A stretch of DNA of 32,000 nucleotides from an uncultured Lentisphaeria bacterium (GTDB lineage Bacteria > Verrucomicrobiota > Lentisphaeria > JABSQK01 > JAJFLO01). The position numbers were made by a program, and so were the translations under genes. Within the stretch, counting starts at the first letter, position 1. Each line of letters starts with the position of its first letter. The DNA lies in NCBI GenBank assembly GCA_951812855.1, contig OX638337.1:480001-512000 (forward strand), written 5' to 3'. This document shows positions 8,843 through 19,936 of this stretch, in pieces. The notes under the pieces were generated by a model that did no database searches, had not been told where the DNA came from, and saw nothing but the letters and a program-made list of their open reading frames with translations.

Positions 8843-10300
8843 ATGAATCGAGGTAAAGATAAACTTGAATCTGGTCGAAACTACGGCATTTGGTTCGCAG
8901 GGATCTTAATATTAATCTTTCCTGTTTCTTCCACATATTTAAGCTTTTCGTTCATTTACGGTCACGGTCATGCAGAGCGGCCAATCGTCAGTTTTTTAGT
9001 AATGTTTTTACTTGGCTGGTCAGGTCTTTGCCTCGGCTGCTGTTCCTGCTGCAGATACGGCAATAACCCTGTCAATTTAAAATGGATTATAGGTGTTGGT
9101 ATTTTAGCACGTCTGCTTTTTTTGCCGTCAAACCTCATCCTGGAAAACGATTGTTATCGTTATGTACTTGATGGGCAAATGATTCTCGACGGGAAAAATC
9201 CATATCGTCATTCCCCTGAATTCATCAAGAATAATCTTGATGATATCCTGGAAAACAAAAATCATTTTCAAAAAGCAAGTCTTTTGTTATCACGAATAGG
9301 TTATCCGGAGATTTCTACAATTTATCCACCTGCAGCCCAATATGTGTTTGCAATGGGCTCATTTTTAACACCGTGGGAATGGTTTGGCCAGAGAGTTGTA
9401 TTTTTGGTATTTGATATCGGATCAATTTTTTTAATTGTTCATATTCTCCGTCGACTTAACAAACCTCCGGAGCGGGTCATCGTTTATGCCTGGAACCCAT
9501 TATTACTAAAGGAAATAGCAAATTCAGCACATCTTGACAGTCTTGTCGGCTTTTTTTTATTATTGTGGATTATTACATCAATTAATTGGCTGCAAAATAA
9601 AGATCATCTGTGGCTGATGTTCGCAGGCATCACCTTTGCCGCGTCCATTTTAAGCAAATTATATCCGCTTATACTGGTTCCCGTCAGTATTTCCTTTGTC
9701 ATCCTGAATCAAAAAAACATTAAAGGTATTCTTCTATTTTTATGTGCAGTCTGTATCACAATCGTTATCGGATATTTGCCGTTCATTGACGTTGGAATTG
9801 ATCAATTAACCGAAGGTCTGTGCAGGTATAACAAGGAATGGGTTCAAAATGAAGGTGCATTTTACCTGGTACAGTTCCTGTGTTCTAAATTACCTGTCAG
9901 CAGTACACTTCCAATCGACCGTTTGGTAAGTAATTCGATCGTCGGTTTTGCTGCGGTCTGTCTGTCCATAAAACTCTACCTGTCTAAACAGGCGGTCTCT
10001 TCTTTAATTGATGCAATTCAAATGACATTGCTTGTCTGGTTTCTTTTCCTGCCCGCTGTCTTTCCGTGGTATCTCATCAGCCTGATTGCGATATCAGCCT
10101 TAAATCCAAGAACCTGGATTTTAATATTGAGTGGCACTGCGTTCGCCTATTATTCATTCTTTCTAATCAGCTATAGAGATTATTCAGAAAATTACCGATA
10201 TGGTATTCAACTGGCAGAACATCTTATTATCTGGGTGACTTTAATGATCAGCATCCTGAATAAGAATGCATTTACCAGACAAAAAGAAGCTGTAGTTTAA
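8843..10300 (+). CDS. Polytopic membrane glycosyltransferase, GT-C type (DUF2029/GT87-like)
   Basis: 485-aa ORF with many TM helices. An early loop, ENDCYRYVLDGQMILDGKNPY, matches the D...Y......G.NPY signature of DUF2029-type mannosyltransferase-like proteins. Confidence 0.65.
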   Translation: MNRGKDKLESGRNYGIWFAGILILIFPVSSTYLSFSFIYGHGHAERPIVSFLVMFLLGWSGLCLGCCSCCRYGNNPVNLKWIIGVGILARLLFLPSNLILENDCYRYVLDGQMILDGKNPYRHSPEFIKNNLDDILENKNHFQKASLLLSRIGYPEISTIYPPAAQYVFAMGSFLTPWEWFGQRVVFLVFDIGSIFLIVHILRRLNKPPERVIVYAWNPLLLKEIANSAHLDSLVGFFLLLWIITSINWLQNKDHLWLMFAGITFAASILSKLYPLILVPVSISFVILNQKNIKGILLFLCAVCITIVIGYLPFIDVGIDQLTEGLCRYNKEWVQNEGAFYLVQFLCSKLPVSSTLPIDRLVSNSIVGFAAVCLSIKLYLSKQAVSSLIDAIQMTLLVWFLFLPAVFPWYLISLIAISALNPRTWILILSGTAFAYYSFFLISYRDYSENYRYGIQLAEHLIIWVTLMISILNKNAFTRQKEAVV

Positions 10301-10538
10301 ATGCGAATTAAAAAGCAATCAAAAATAAAGTCCACATTCAGATATAGACATCCATTATTCAATCCTGAAAATCATGTCTTAATAAAATCTTAGATGTAAT
10401 ATTTTTATTAATAATTAGTTGTGATGCCTTTATATGCAGTAAAACAGTAACAATATAATAAATACCCGAACATAAAACCCGACATTTATCGGGTATATAC
10501 AGGCACTTAACAAAACATAGGTTTTATAAACAACAACC

Positions 10539-11516
10539 ATGCCGGCAACGTATGACATCCTGATAATCGGAGCAGGTCCAAGTGGCCTGTCATGTGCAAT
10601 AGAAGCGAAGAAAAATGGACTGTCCTATATCGTCATCGATAAAGGGGGACTTACTGATGCGATACGACGATTTCCAACAAATATGACATTCTTTTCAACA
10701 CCGGAATTATTAGAATTGGATAATATCCCATTCGTTTCAACCAACGTCCGACCAACGAGAATTGAGGCAATGGAATATTATAGAAAGGTCGTGGACTATC
10801 ATAAACTCAATGTGATGCTTCACACTGAAATCACTAAAATTAGAAAAGATCAAAATTGTTTTGACCTCTTAACAAAGAGTCACAGGAGTTTTACCGCAAC
10901 GTCTGTTATCGTTGCAACAGGTTATTTTGACAATACAAATCGATTAGACGTGGAAGGCGAAGATTTACCACATGTAACCCATTACTATGATGAGCCTTAT
11001 TTTTACAGCACAAAAGAAGCTGCAGTAATCGGCGGGCGGAATTCAGCTGTTGAAACGGCGTTGGATCTCTATCGACATGGCGTCAATGTTAATCTGATTC
11101 ATCGTGGACCGAATTTCAGATCAATTAAATACTGGGTCCTCCCGGATATAGAGAATAGAATCAAGGACGGATCAATTAACGCTTTTTTCAATTTTTTAGT
11201 CACCGAGATTAAACCAGACAGTCTGACTATAAAAAACAGAGATAATGGTGAAATCAAAACACTTGCAGCTGATTTTGTCATTGCACTGATTGGCTATCGC
11301 CCTGATGAACACCTGTTACGAGACGCCGGAGTTCAACTTGACAATGAAACTCTGATCCCGGTTTATGACGAAAAAACATTTGAGACAAATGTTAAAAATC
11401 TATACATCGCCGGATCCGTTGCGTGCGGATGCAAAACATGGGATATTTTTATTGAGAATGGACGGGAACACGGAAAGTCAATAATCAATCATATAAAAAA
11501 TGGCCGATTACGATGA
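10539..11516 (+). CDS. ypdA: YpdA-family FAD/NAD(P)H disulfide reductase (putative bacillithiol-disulfide reductase type)
   Basis: 325-aa ORF with the FAD site ILIIGAGPSGLS. The N-terminal block VIDKGG...IRRFPTNMTFFSTPELLEL is characteristic of YpdA proteins, and a second nucleotide site AVIGGRNSAVE is present. Confidence 0.78.
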   Translation: MPATYDILIIGAGPSGLSCAIEAKKNGLSYIVIDKGGLTDAIRRFPTNMTFFSTPELLELDNIPFVSTNVRPTRIEAMEYYRKVVDYHKLNVMLHTEITKIRKDQNCFDLLTKSHRSFTATSVIVATGYFDNTNRLDVEGEDLPHVTHYYDEPYFYSTKEAAVIGGRNSAVETALDLYRHGVNVNLIHRGPNFRSIKYWVLPDIENRIKDGSINAFFNFLVTEIKPDSLTIKNRDNGEIKTLAADFVIALIGYRPDEHLLRDAGVQLDNETLIPVYDEKTFETNVKNLYIAGSVACGCKTWDIFIENGREHGKSIINHIKNGRLR

Positions 11517-11992
11517 AAGAAACAGCGACATTTGGTGCAGGATGTTTTTGGGGTGTAGAAGCCTGTTTTATGAAAATTGATGGTGTTTTAAGTACGGCAA
11601 CAGGCTATATGGGAGGCACTTTGGAAAACCCCGGTTATAAAGAGGTCTGTTCTGGAAATACCGGCCATGCAGAAGTTCTGCAATTAGAATTCGACTCAAC
11701 CGTCGTTACATATGATACTCTGTTAGACAGTTTTTGGTCGATTCATAATCCAACAACCTTAAATCAGCAGGGACCGGATATGGGAACTCAATATCGATCC
11801 GTGATTTTTTGTCATACCGATGACCAAATTACATTAGCCGAAAATTCTAAGGAAAAGTTACAAAATTCCGGAAAATACAGTTCTGAAATAGTCACTCAGA
11901 TTGTGCACGCTGAACCATTTTACCGAGCAGAAGAATATCATCAGCAATATCTGAAAAAACATGGATTAGGATCGTGTTCAGTAAATCTGTAA
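11513..11992 (+). CDS. msrA: Peptide-methionine (S)-S-oxide reductase MsrA
   Basis: 159-aa ORF with the catalytic motif ATFGAGCFWGVE and the GHAEV and YHQQYL blocks. Its start overlaps the ypdA stop (ATGA). Confidence 0.95.
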   Translation: MKETATFGAGCFWGVEACFMKIDGVLSTATGYMGGTLENPGYKEVCSGNTGHAEVLQLEFDSTVVTYDTLLDSFWSIHNPTTLNQQGPDMGTQYRSVIFCHTDDQITLAENSKEKLQNSGKYSSEIVTQIVHAEPFYRAEEYHQQYLKKHGLGSCSVNL

Positions 11993-12759
11993 TCAATTGC
12001 TCCAATTTAATGTGGAAGGTTGTTTATGAACCGCTCGAGGCCGTTTGGTATACTTTTTTACCTGTTAAACAGCTTTGAATTGTGATTAACTGACTCATGC
12101 TCGAAAAAAAAAATGGGATAAAGCAAGTGAGTATTTTAATAAAGAACTGTCACTCAATCAAGATTATAATTTACAAAAATGTATCTTGAACGGTGCCAAT
12201 ATTTCAAAGAAAATCCCCCTGGTAATGACTGGGATGGTGTTTGGATAATGCAAACTAAATAATATTCTGTGTATTATCCCAACAGATTTGCAAAATAATA
12301 AAACTTCCTGCATAAACAATCTGATTTACGACCGAAATACCCTCCTGTATTAGGCTATTCTCCATAGTTTCATAAAGCTATGTCAGAACAAAATTAATAA
12401 GACTCGATTTAAGAGTACCTAAATTTTTTAATTTCAAATTTGCTTTAATAATAAAACCAGCTAATTTTATCCCTCTTTCTCGGATAGTTCCCTTTATCTG
12501 GAATTGAATCAGAGTGAGACTTATTGACCGAGACTATAAGCAACGTATCTAACAGGCTCTATTTGCCACGTTTATGGTACGCATCGATTGTTCAAAATAA
12601 TTGGTGTTGATTGTTCGTGCTCTCTAAGAGTTTTAGTTTATAACCCAATATAGAGAATGGTTTGTTGCTCAGTTTCCTCCAATACACTTGTACTGAGATT
12701 AATAACATCAGGCTCTAAAAAGTTACACGACGAAAAACTACCCCCTGGGAGATTTAATT

Positions 12760-15700
12760 GTGAAATACATTGAAGACAAAACTACAACGTATCCGGATGG
12801 CCGTCCCGTTGCTGCCGGATTATATGACAGCACATATGAACATGATGCATGCGGTGCCGGATTTATCTGCAACCTGAAAGGAAAAAAGTCTCACAACATC
12901 ATTACACATGCCCTTGAAATTCTTGTTAACCTGACACACCGGGGAGCATGCGGGTGTGATGAACTTACCGGAGATGGTGCTGGAATATTATTACAAGTGC
13001 CTCACACGTTTCTGCAAAGAGCCAGTTCTGACGCAAATATAAGGCTTCCCGATGAAAAGGAGTATGGTGTCGGCAACATTTTTCTACCACAAGATGAACA
13101 ACAATGTCAAAAATGCATGACTATATTTGAAGATGTTGTTAAACAGGAAAACCAAGATTTTCTCGGCTGGAGAAAACTCCCGGTTGATAATACGGTTATC
13201 GGTGAATTAGCACGCAAAGCCGAACCCGATATTTATCAGATTTTCATTGGCAGAGGCCCGGGAATTAAAGATCCACAAGCATTTGAACGAAAACTTTATG
13301 TGATCCGCAGAGTAGTTGAAAATGCCATACGAAACTCTGATATACCTGAAAAAAACTTTTTTTATGTCCCCAGTCTTTCATCTAATACAATCGTCTTCAA
13401 AGGATTATTGTTAGCTGATCAAACAGAACCTTATTTCAAAGACCTGTCAGACCCGGATCTTACCAGTGGATTAGCACTGGTACATCAACGCTATAGCACA
13501 AACACATTTCCTACCTGGGATTTAGCTCAGCCGTTTCGATTTTTATGTCATAACGGCGAAATTAATACTCTGCGAGGAAATGTAAACTCGATGAATGCGA
13601 GACAAGATTTATTTAAATCAGATCTTTTCGGTGACGATATTTCCAAACTCTTTCCCATAGCAACACCCGGTGCATCTGATTCAGCCATACTTGATAATGC
13701 ACTTGAATTACTTTACCACACGGGCCGGTCCCTACCCCATTGTATAATGATGCTGATCCCGGAGGCCTGGCAGAATCATAATACAATGAGTGACAAAAAA
13801 AAGGCGTTCTATGAATATCACTCCTGCTTAATGGAACCGTGGGATGGCCCCGCATCAATACCATTCACAGATGGAAAATGTATTGGTGCTGTTCTTGACA
13901 GAAATGGTTTACGCCCATCACGTTATACGGTAACAAAAGACGGATTTGTCATCATGGCCTCAGAAACAGGTGTTTTATCTGTTGAACCTGAAAATGTAGA
14001 ATATAATGGTCGCCTGGAACCCGGTCGTATGTTTCTTGTTGATATTGATGAAGGTCGAATTATTGATGATGAAGAAATTAAAGATCAAATTGCAAGTCGC
14101 CAACCCTATCGTCAATGGTTGACTGAAAACCTGGTTCAGTTTAAGGACTTGCCAAAAGCTGAAGCCAATAATTCCCAAAGCGACCTGCCGCTGATTAAAA
14201 ATCAACAGGCATTTGGGTATTCTCTCGAAGATCTGGACATCATTATGATCCCAATGGCAACCGATGGAAAAGAACCAACCGGATCGATGGGAGACGACAC
14301 TCCAACTGCGATTCGATCGAAGAAATCCAGGCTGCTTTATGATTATTTTAAGCAATTATTCGCCCAGGTTACGAACCCGCCGCTTGATGCAATCCGCGAG
14401 GAACTGGTTACATCTCTGACAACCAACATTGGGCCGGAACAGGATTTATTTCAGGAAACTGCAAAACACTGTCATCAATTCAAGTTAGACCAACCTATTC
14501 TTACAAACGACAGACTCGAACAGCTTAGAAACATTTCTCACGGCGATTTAAAGGCAAAAACTCTGAGTATCATTTATCAGGTGAAAGACGGTGCAGACGG
14601 ACTGAGCAGTTCACTTGAATTACTCTGTAAACAAGCATCAGCCGCGGTTGATGACGGTCATTCCATTATCATTCTGTCGGACCGGAATATCAGTGAAAAT
14701 AATGCACCGATTCCCGCCCTGCTCGCCACATCCGCTATTCATCATCATCTTATCAGAAAAGGAAAACGTACGCGATGCGGCATCGTTGTTGAAAGCGGAG
14801 AACCAAGGGAAGTTCATCACTATGCACTCCTTTTTACCTGCGGTGCAGGTGCCGTTAATCCGTATTTGGCATTCGAGTCGTTAGACCAATTATTTTCCGG
14901 TGGCAGAATAGATGTCAAAGATAAAGAAACAGCATCAGCTAATTATATAAAAGCAATTGGTAAAGGTCTGCTAAAGGTTATGTCCAAGATGGGGATCTCA
15001 ACATTACACAGTTATCGGGGATCTCAAATTATAGAATGTATTGGCATTAAAGAAGACGTAATTGAAAAATATTTTTCAGGTACCCCGTCACGAATTGGAG
15101 GTGCAGATCTTGCCATCATCGCAGAAGAAGCGAAAATGCGCCACGAAAAAGGATTTCCCCCACGAGAGATTTCCGGAAACCTGCCATTGAGTGTTGGAGG
15201 CAAATACCAGTGGCGGAGAAATGGGGAAACACATCAATATACACCCTATACAATTGCTAAACTTCAGCATGCGTCAAAAATAAAAAGTCTAAGTGATTAC
15301 AAGGAGTATGCAAATACCATAAACAAACAAAATCAGGAAGAAGGTGAATTAAGAGGCCTGTTCGAGTTTAAGACATTGAACGAACCAATCCCGTTAGACA
15401 AAGTGGAACCCTGGACTGAGATTGTAAAACGATTCAAGACCGGCGGAATGTCTTACGGATCGATCAGTAAAGAATCACATTCTGCTTTGGCAATCGCGAT
15501 GAATCGGATTGGCGGCAAAAGCAACAGCGGGGAAGGCGGCGAAGATGAAGATCGATTCACTTCCGACGAAAATGGCGATCTGCGTAACAGTGCGATCAAA
15601 CAGGTTGCATCCGGAAGATTCGGCGTCACCAGTAATTATCTGGTCAATGCAAAAGAGATCCAAATTAAAATGGCACAGGGAGCCAAGCCTGGCGAAGGGG

Positions 15701-17331
15701 GTCAATTACCTGGCTTCAAGGTATTTCCCTGGATTGCAAAAACACGTCATTCCACGCCTTATGTTGGATTAATTTCACCCCCTCCGCATCATGATATTTA
15801 TTCTATTGAAGATTTAGCACAACTCATTCATGATTTAAAAAATTCAAATCCTGATGCACGAATCAATGTCAAGCTGGTATCAGAAGTTGGCGTTGGTACT
15901 GTGGCAGCAGGTGTTGCTAAAGGTAAGGCAGATGTCGTTTTGATCAGCGGCTCAAACGGTGGCACAGGCGCGTCACCTCAAACTTCAATAAAGCATGCCG
16001 GCTTAGCCTGGGAATTAGGACTCGCTGAAACACATCAGACATTAGTCCTGAATGACTTGAGAAGCCGAATCATCGTTGAATGTGACGGACAAATTAAAAC
16101 AGGACGAGATGTTGCAGTTGCCTGCCTTCTCGGTGCTGAAGAATTTGGGTTTGCGACATCTGCATTGATTACGATTGGCTGTATTATGATGAGAGTATGC
16201 CATCTTAATACCTGCCCGGTCGGAATTGCAACACAAGATCCTGAACTAAGAAAAAAGTTTGCCGGCAGCCCGGACAACGTTGTCAACTTTCTCTATTTTG
16301 TAGCAGAAGAATTAAGAGAAATAATGGCAAGTATGGGATTTCGTACAATCAATGAAATGACAGGGCAGGTTGACAGACTTGAAGTGAACAAAGCCATCGA
16401 TCACTGGAAAGATAAGGGTCTTGATTTTTCGAAGATACTGTATAAACCCGAAGTGCCGGACAGTGTTGGCATCTATTGTACAGAGAAACAGGATCATGGT
16501 CTGAATAAGGCATTAGATCATCAACTGATAAAATTAGCTGAACCGGCAATTTCAAACAAAACCTCAGTTGAACATCATATAGAAATTCGAAACATTAACC
16601 GGACTGTGGGCACAATGCTCAGCTCAAAAATTTCCAGAGCCCATGGTGAAAACGGACTTCCAGATGATACCATTACATTTAATTGCAGCGGATCCGCAGG
16701 CCAGAGTTTTTGTGCATTTGGAGCCAGAGGTATAACAATGAATATTCGCGGTGATGCAAATGATTATTTTGGCAAAGGCCTGTCCGGTGCAAAACTTATT
16801 GTCCAACCTCCGGAAAAATCAACAATCGTCCCTGAGGATAGTGTCATTATCGGCAATGTTGCCTTCTATGGAGCAATTAAAGGGGAAGCCTATATCCGAG
16901 GTTTGGCTGGTGAGCGTTTTTGTGTGCGAAACAGCGGTGTAAAAGCTGTTGTTGAAGGTGTCGGAGATCATGGATGCGAGTATATGACCGGTGGCCGTGT
17001 CGTTATTTTAGGGAGTACAGGGCGAAACTTTGCAGCCGGCATGAGCGGTGGTATAACCTATATCTTTGACGAAATAGGTGACTTTGCCAAATATCGATGC
17101 AATATGGAAATGGTCGAATTAGAAGATATGTCCAACGAAAACGATAGACAGGAATTAAGAGAACTTATTGGCAATCATTACAAATATACATCGAGTTCTG
17201 TGGCAAAAAACATTTTGGATGACTGGGATAATTCGCTCAAAAAGTTTATCAAAATTATGCCGACGGATTATAAACGGGCATTGGATATTCTCGCAAAAGA
17301 AAAAAACGAAAACGTTGCTGCAGCAAGCTGA
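12760..17331 (+). CDS. gltB: Glutamate synthase large subunit (GOGAT alpha)
   Basis: 1523-aa ORF with a GTG start preceded by GGGAGA. It has the Ntn amidotransferase Cys in [13 protein letters not shown]/central-domain blocks, and a C-terminal GXGXG beta-helix domain. Confidence 0.97.
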   Translation: MKYIEDKTTTYPDGRPVAAGLYDSTYEHDACGAGFICNLKGKKSHNIITHALEILVNLTHRGACGCDELTGDGAGILLQVPHTFLQRASSDANIRLPDEKEYGVGNIFLPQDEQQCQKCMTIFEDVVKQENQDFLGWRKLPVDNTVIGELARKAEPDIYQIFIGRGPGIKDPQAFERKLYVIRRVVENAIRNSDIPEKNFFYVPSLSSNTIVFKGLLLADQTEPYFKDLSDPDLTSGLALVHQRYSTNTFPTWDLAQPFRFLCHNGEINTLRGNVNSMNARQDLFKSDLFGDDISKLFPIATPGASDSAILDNALELLYHTGRSLPHCIMMLIPEAWQNHNTMSDKKKAFYEYHSCLMEPWDGPASIPFTDGKCIGAVLDRNGLRPSRYTVTKDGFVIMASETGVLSVEPENVEYNGRLEPGRMFLVDIDEGRIIDDEEIKDQIASRQPYRQWLTENLVQFKDLPKAEANNSQSDLPLIKNQQAFGYSLEDLDIIMIPMATDGKEPTGSMGDDTPTAIRSKKSRLLYDYFKQLFAQVTNPPLDAIREELVTSLTTNIGPEQDLFQETAKHCHQFKLDQPILTNDRLEQLRNISHGDLKAKTLSIIYQVKDGADGLSSSLELLCKQASAAVDDGHSIIILSDRNISENNAPIPALLATSAIHHHLIRKGKRTRCGIVVESGEPREVHHYALLFTCGAGAVNPYLAFESLDQLFSGGRIDVKDKETASANYIKAIGKGLLKVMSKMGISTLHSYRGSQIIECIGIKEDVIEKYFSGTPSRIGGADLAIIAEEAKMRHEKGFPPREISGNLPLSVGGKYQWRRNGETHQYTPYTIAKLQHASKIKSLSDYKEYANTINKQNQEEGELRGLFEFKTLNEPIPLDKVEPWTEIVKRFKTGGMSYGSISKESHSALAIAMNRIGGKSNSGEGGEDEDRFTSDENGDLRNSAIKQVASGRFGVTSNYLVNAKEIQIKMAQGAKPGEGGQLPGFKVFPWIAKTRHSTPYVGLISPPPHHDIYSIEDLAQLIHDLKNSNPDARINVKLVSEVGVGTVAAGVAKGKADVVLISGSNGGTGASPQTSIKHAGLAWELGLAETHQTLVLNDLRSRIIVECDGQIKTGRDVAVACLLGAEEFGFATSALITIGCIMMRVCHLNTCPVGIATQDPELRKKFAGSPDNVVNFLYFVAEELREIMASMGFRTINEMTGQVDRLEVNKAIDHWKDKGLDFSKILYKPEVPDSVGIYCTEKQDHGLNKALDHQLIKLAEPAISNKTSVEHHIEIRNINRTVGTMLSSKISRAHGENGLPDDTITFNCSGSAGQSFCAFGARGITMNIRGDANDYFGKGLSGAKLIVQPPEKSTIVPEDSVIIGNVAFYGAIKGEAYIRGLAGERFCVRNSGVKAVVEGVGDHGCEYMTGGRVVILGSTGRNFAAGMSGGITYIFDEIGDFAKYRCNMEMVELEDMSNENDRQELRELIGNHYKYTSSSVAKNILDDWDNSLKKFIKIMPTDYKRALDILAKEKNENVAAAS

Positions 17332-17371
17332 CAGCAGAGTTAATTTAACGAATTTTACTTAGGATAGACCT

Positions 17372-18847
17372 ATGGGAAACCCAACTGGCTTTAAGGAATT
17401 TACCCGGCAGTTGCCGAAGAAGAAACCTGTTGAAGAACGTATAAGAAATCATCAGGAATTTTATCTCGAATTTAAGAATGAAGAAATCACTGAACAGGCA
17501 GCACGGTGTATGAACTGTGGTATACCGACATGTCATGCAGGCTGTCCACTTGGAAACCTTATCCCGGACTGGAATGATCTTGTCTACCGACAGGATTGGC
17601 ACTCTGCATTCAGCGAACTGAGTTCGACCAATAATTTTCCAGAGTTTACCGGTCGATTATGTCCTGCCCCCTGTGAGGAAGCTTGTGTGCTGGGGATTAA
17701 TGAAGATCCGGTTACGATTGAAGAAATTGAAAAACAGATAGTTGAACGTGCCTTTAAAGAGGGTTGGGTTGTTCCAAATCCACCTAAAATCAGAACCGGC
17801 AAAACTGTTGCTGTTATAGGTTCCGGTCCAACGGGTCTGGCTGCTGCTCAGCAGTTAAATAGAGCAGGACACACTGTAACAGTTTATGAAAGAGCCGATC
17901 GAATCGGGGGATTGCTTCGCTATGGCATTCCAGAATTTAAAATGGAGAAAAATATAATTGATCGGCGGCTGGATATCCTGACCGCTGAAGGAATTATATT
18001 TTGCACAAATGCCGATGCAGGAGACTCAGTTACAAAAGATAATCTCGGTAAATTTGATGCGGTTTTACTATGCATCGGTGCAACAGTTTCCAGAGATCTT
18101 CGGATTCCGGGTCGAGAATTAGACGGCGTCCATTTAGCAATGGAGTTTTTGCCTCAGCAGAACAAAATAAATGAAGGGGATAATTTAGAACAGTTAGGTA
18201 TCGATCAAATTCTCGCAACCGGGAAAGATGTTATCGTAATCGGCGGCGGAGATACGGGAAGTGATTGTATAGGAACATCCCACCGTCAAGGGGCAAAATC
18301 GGTAACAAACTTTGAGTTACTTCCCGAACCGCCAGCCGGAAGACCCGCTCATCAGCCCTGGCCTTTCTGGCCAATGAGGTTACGGACAAGCACCTCCCAT
18401 GCGGAAGGTGTCGATAGACAGTTCAGCATATTAACCAAACAGTTTTTGGGAAACAATGGGAAAATTGAAAAACTGCAAACAGTCGATGTTACATTCGAGC
18501 CTTCAGAAAATGGTGGACCGCCTAAAATAAAAGAACTTGAAGGAAGCCAAAAAGACTGGAATGCTGATTTGGTATTGCTGGCAATGGGATTTCTCGGACC
18601 GGAAACAAGTGGGATTGTCCAACAACTTGGTCTTGAAACTGATGCCAGAACAAATATAAAGTGTGACGCCAACTATATGACAAATGTAGATGGTTTTTTT
18701 GCAGCCGGTGATGGACGAAGGGGGCAATCCTTAATCGTCTGGGCCATCAGCGAAGGTCGTGAAGCAGCTCATTCGATTGACACCTACTTGATGGGACATT
18801 CACAACTGCCGACAAAAGGCCCCGGTGACCTTCCATTAATTCGATGA
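17372..18847 (+). CDS. gltD: Glutamate synthase small subunit (NADPH-dependent, GOGAT beta)
   Basis: 491-aa ORF 40 nt after gltB. It has Fe-S cysteine clusters ([20 protein letters not shown]) and dinucleotide sites [14 protein letters not shown] and [13 protein letters not shown]. Confidence 0.95.
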   Translation: MGNPTGFKEFTRQLPKKKPVEERIRNHQEFYLEFKNEEITEQAARCMNCGIPTCHAGCPLGNLIPDWNDLVYRQDWHSAFSELSSTNNFPEFTGRLCPAPCEEACVLGINEDPVTIEEIEKQIVERAFKEGWVVPNPPKIRTGKTVAVIGSGPTGLAAAQQLNRAGHTVTVYERADRIGGLLRYGIPEFKMEKNIIDRRLDILTAEGIIFCTNADAGDSVTKDNLGKFDAVLLCIGATVSRDLRIPGRELDGVHLAMEFLPQQNKINEGDNLEQLGIDQILATGKDVIVIGGGDTGSDCIGTSHRQGAKSVTNFELLPEPPAGRPAHQPWPFWPMRLRTSTSHAEGVDRQFSILTKQFLGNNGKIEKLQTVDVTFEPSENGGPPKIKELEGSQKDWNADLVLLAMGFLGPETSGIVQQLGLETDARTNIKCDANYMTNVDGFFAAGDGRRGQSLIVWAISEGREAAHSIDTYLMGHSQLPTKGPGDLPLIR

Positions 18848-18932
18848 ATTAAAATTGGGCGTTGGTTCATATATACTCAATCACGTTTGGATCACTGTGA
18901 ATCACACGATACTGTTCTGAATCGATTTTATA

Positions 18933-19691
18933 CTACTTTTCGATTATTTCTTTGAAAAAATATTGTGGATCTATACGTTCTTCGGGCGGAAATAACAGCC
19001 CTTGTTCCAAACGATTAACTCTATCACTGTAAATCGACAAATCCTTATTAATTTCTGTCAGTTGCCCGGCGTCTAGTTTACTGACATAGTCCCTCAAATA
19101 GATCGATATATCATCTAATTCATCGATGATTAGTTTCAATGTATTTTTATCCAGACCAGGTTCCATCGTTTTCACAGAACTCTCACATCGCAATCTCAAT
19201 CCATCCATTGAATCAAGAGTCCGTTGTCTTGTTACTTCCAGACCCCAAAGTTGTTTTACTCTAATTTCCCGGGGCAACCAGGTTATAATTCCAAACTCAA
19301 CAATTAATATGGCGACAATAAGAAACGTTGATAAAAAGGCGATAAATCCTGAATTCCAGTTATGACCCGCCTTAGAAAATTCAATAATAAAATGAACTGA
19401 ATAATCGTTGATTTGAATTTTATCACCATTTTTTAACCGTACAGATTTACTTTGCGTTTCAACTCCATTAATTTTGAGTGATGTATCCTTTTCCTTCTTT
19501 TCCAATTGATAGGAATCGTCATTGTGCTTATATATTAAAACAGCTAAATCCGGAACATTTGTAAGAACCAAATCACAGTTCTTATTTGAACCAATCAATA
19601 ATTGATCATTTTCCCAAAAATAAACTTTTCGAGACTCATGAACCGCTTCATCATCCTTATTCAGGTCATACAATATTATACGAATAGACAT
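18933..19691 (-). CDS. FHA-domain membrane protein (N-terminal FHA, one TM helix, about 110-aa C-terminal domain of unknown function)
   Basis: 252-aa ORF. The FHA pattern is LLIGSNKNCDLVL...INGV...VRLKNGDKIQINDYSVHFI. The TM segment is FIAFLSTFLIVAILIVEFGIITWL. Confidence 0.78.
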   Translation of the reverse strand: MSIRIILYDLNKDDEAVHESRKVYFWENDQLLIGSNKNCDLVLTNVPDLAVLIYKHNDDSYQLEKKEKDTSLKINGVETQSKSVRLKNGDKIQINDYSVHFIIEFSKAGHNWNSGFIAFLSTFLIVAILIVEFGIITWLPREIRVKQLWGLEVTRQRTLDSMDGLRLRCESSVKTMEPGLDKNTLKLIIDELDDISIYLRDYVSKLDAGQLTEINKDLSIYSDRVNRLEQGLLFPPEERIDPQYFFKEIIEK

Positions 19692-19936
19692 TTATAAGAT
19701 AATCGTATTGGTTATCACTGCTTATCACTTAAAACCTCTGATTTATCGAGGTATGTTGTCATTGTTTCTGACAAGCCGAAAAGAGACTTAATAATAACGT
19801 GTTGCGTGCGGCTTATATTAAAATGACACGATATCCGAAACATTAGAATTGTTCATTAGTTGCAAACTGAAAGTCAGCTGCATTACTCTCAGCCGGTTCC
19901 GTATTTTAATGGAGCTCAGCAATTCATACGATTCAA

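Noticed and set aside
12111-12248. TPR-like peptide (KWDKASEYFNKELSLNQDYNLQK...) in the gltB leader
   Set aside because: It is a single short helix-turn-helix-like stretch with no start codon and no second repeat. This is suggestive of a relic but not enough to call a pseudogene.
12576-12592. Sigma-54 promoter (TGGTACGCATCGATTGT) upstream of gltB
   Set aside because: The GG and GC elements are not at the canonical spacing, and the -12 element lacks TTGC.
13613-16806. Numerous 60-126-aa ORFs antisense to, or out of frame with, gltB (for example 13975-14355 minus and 15509-15772 plus). Similar ORFs overlap the SBP, waaF-like, feoB, gltD and acyl-AMP ligase genes.
   Set aside because: They overlap long, strongly supported genes and have no recognisable motifs. 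Their composition is low-complexity or Cys/Arg-rich, which is typical of spurious frames.
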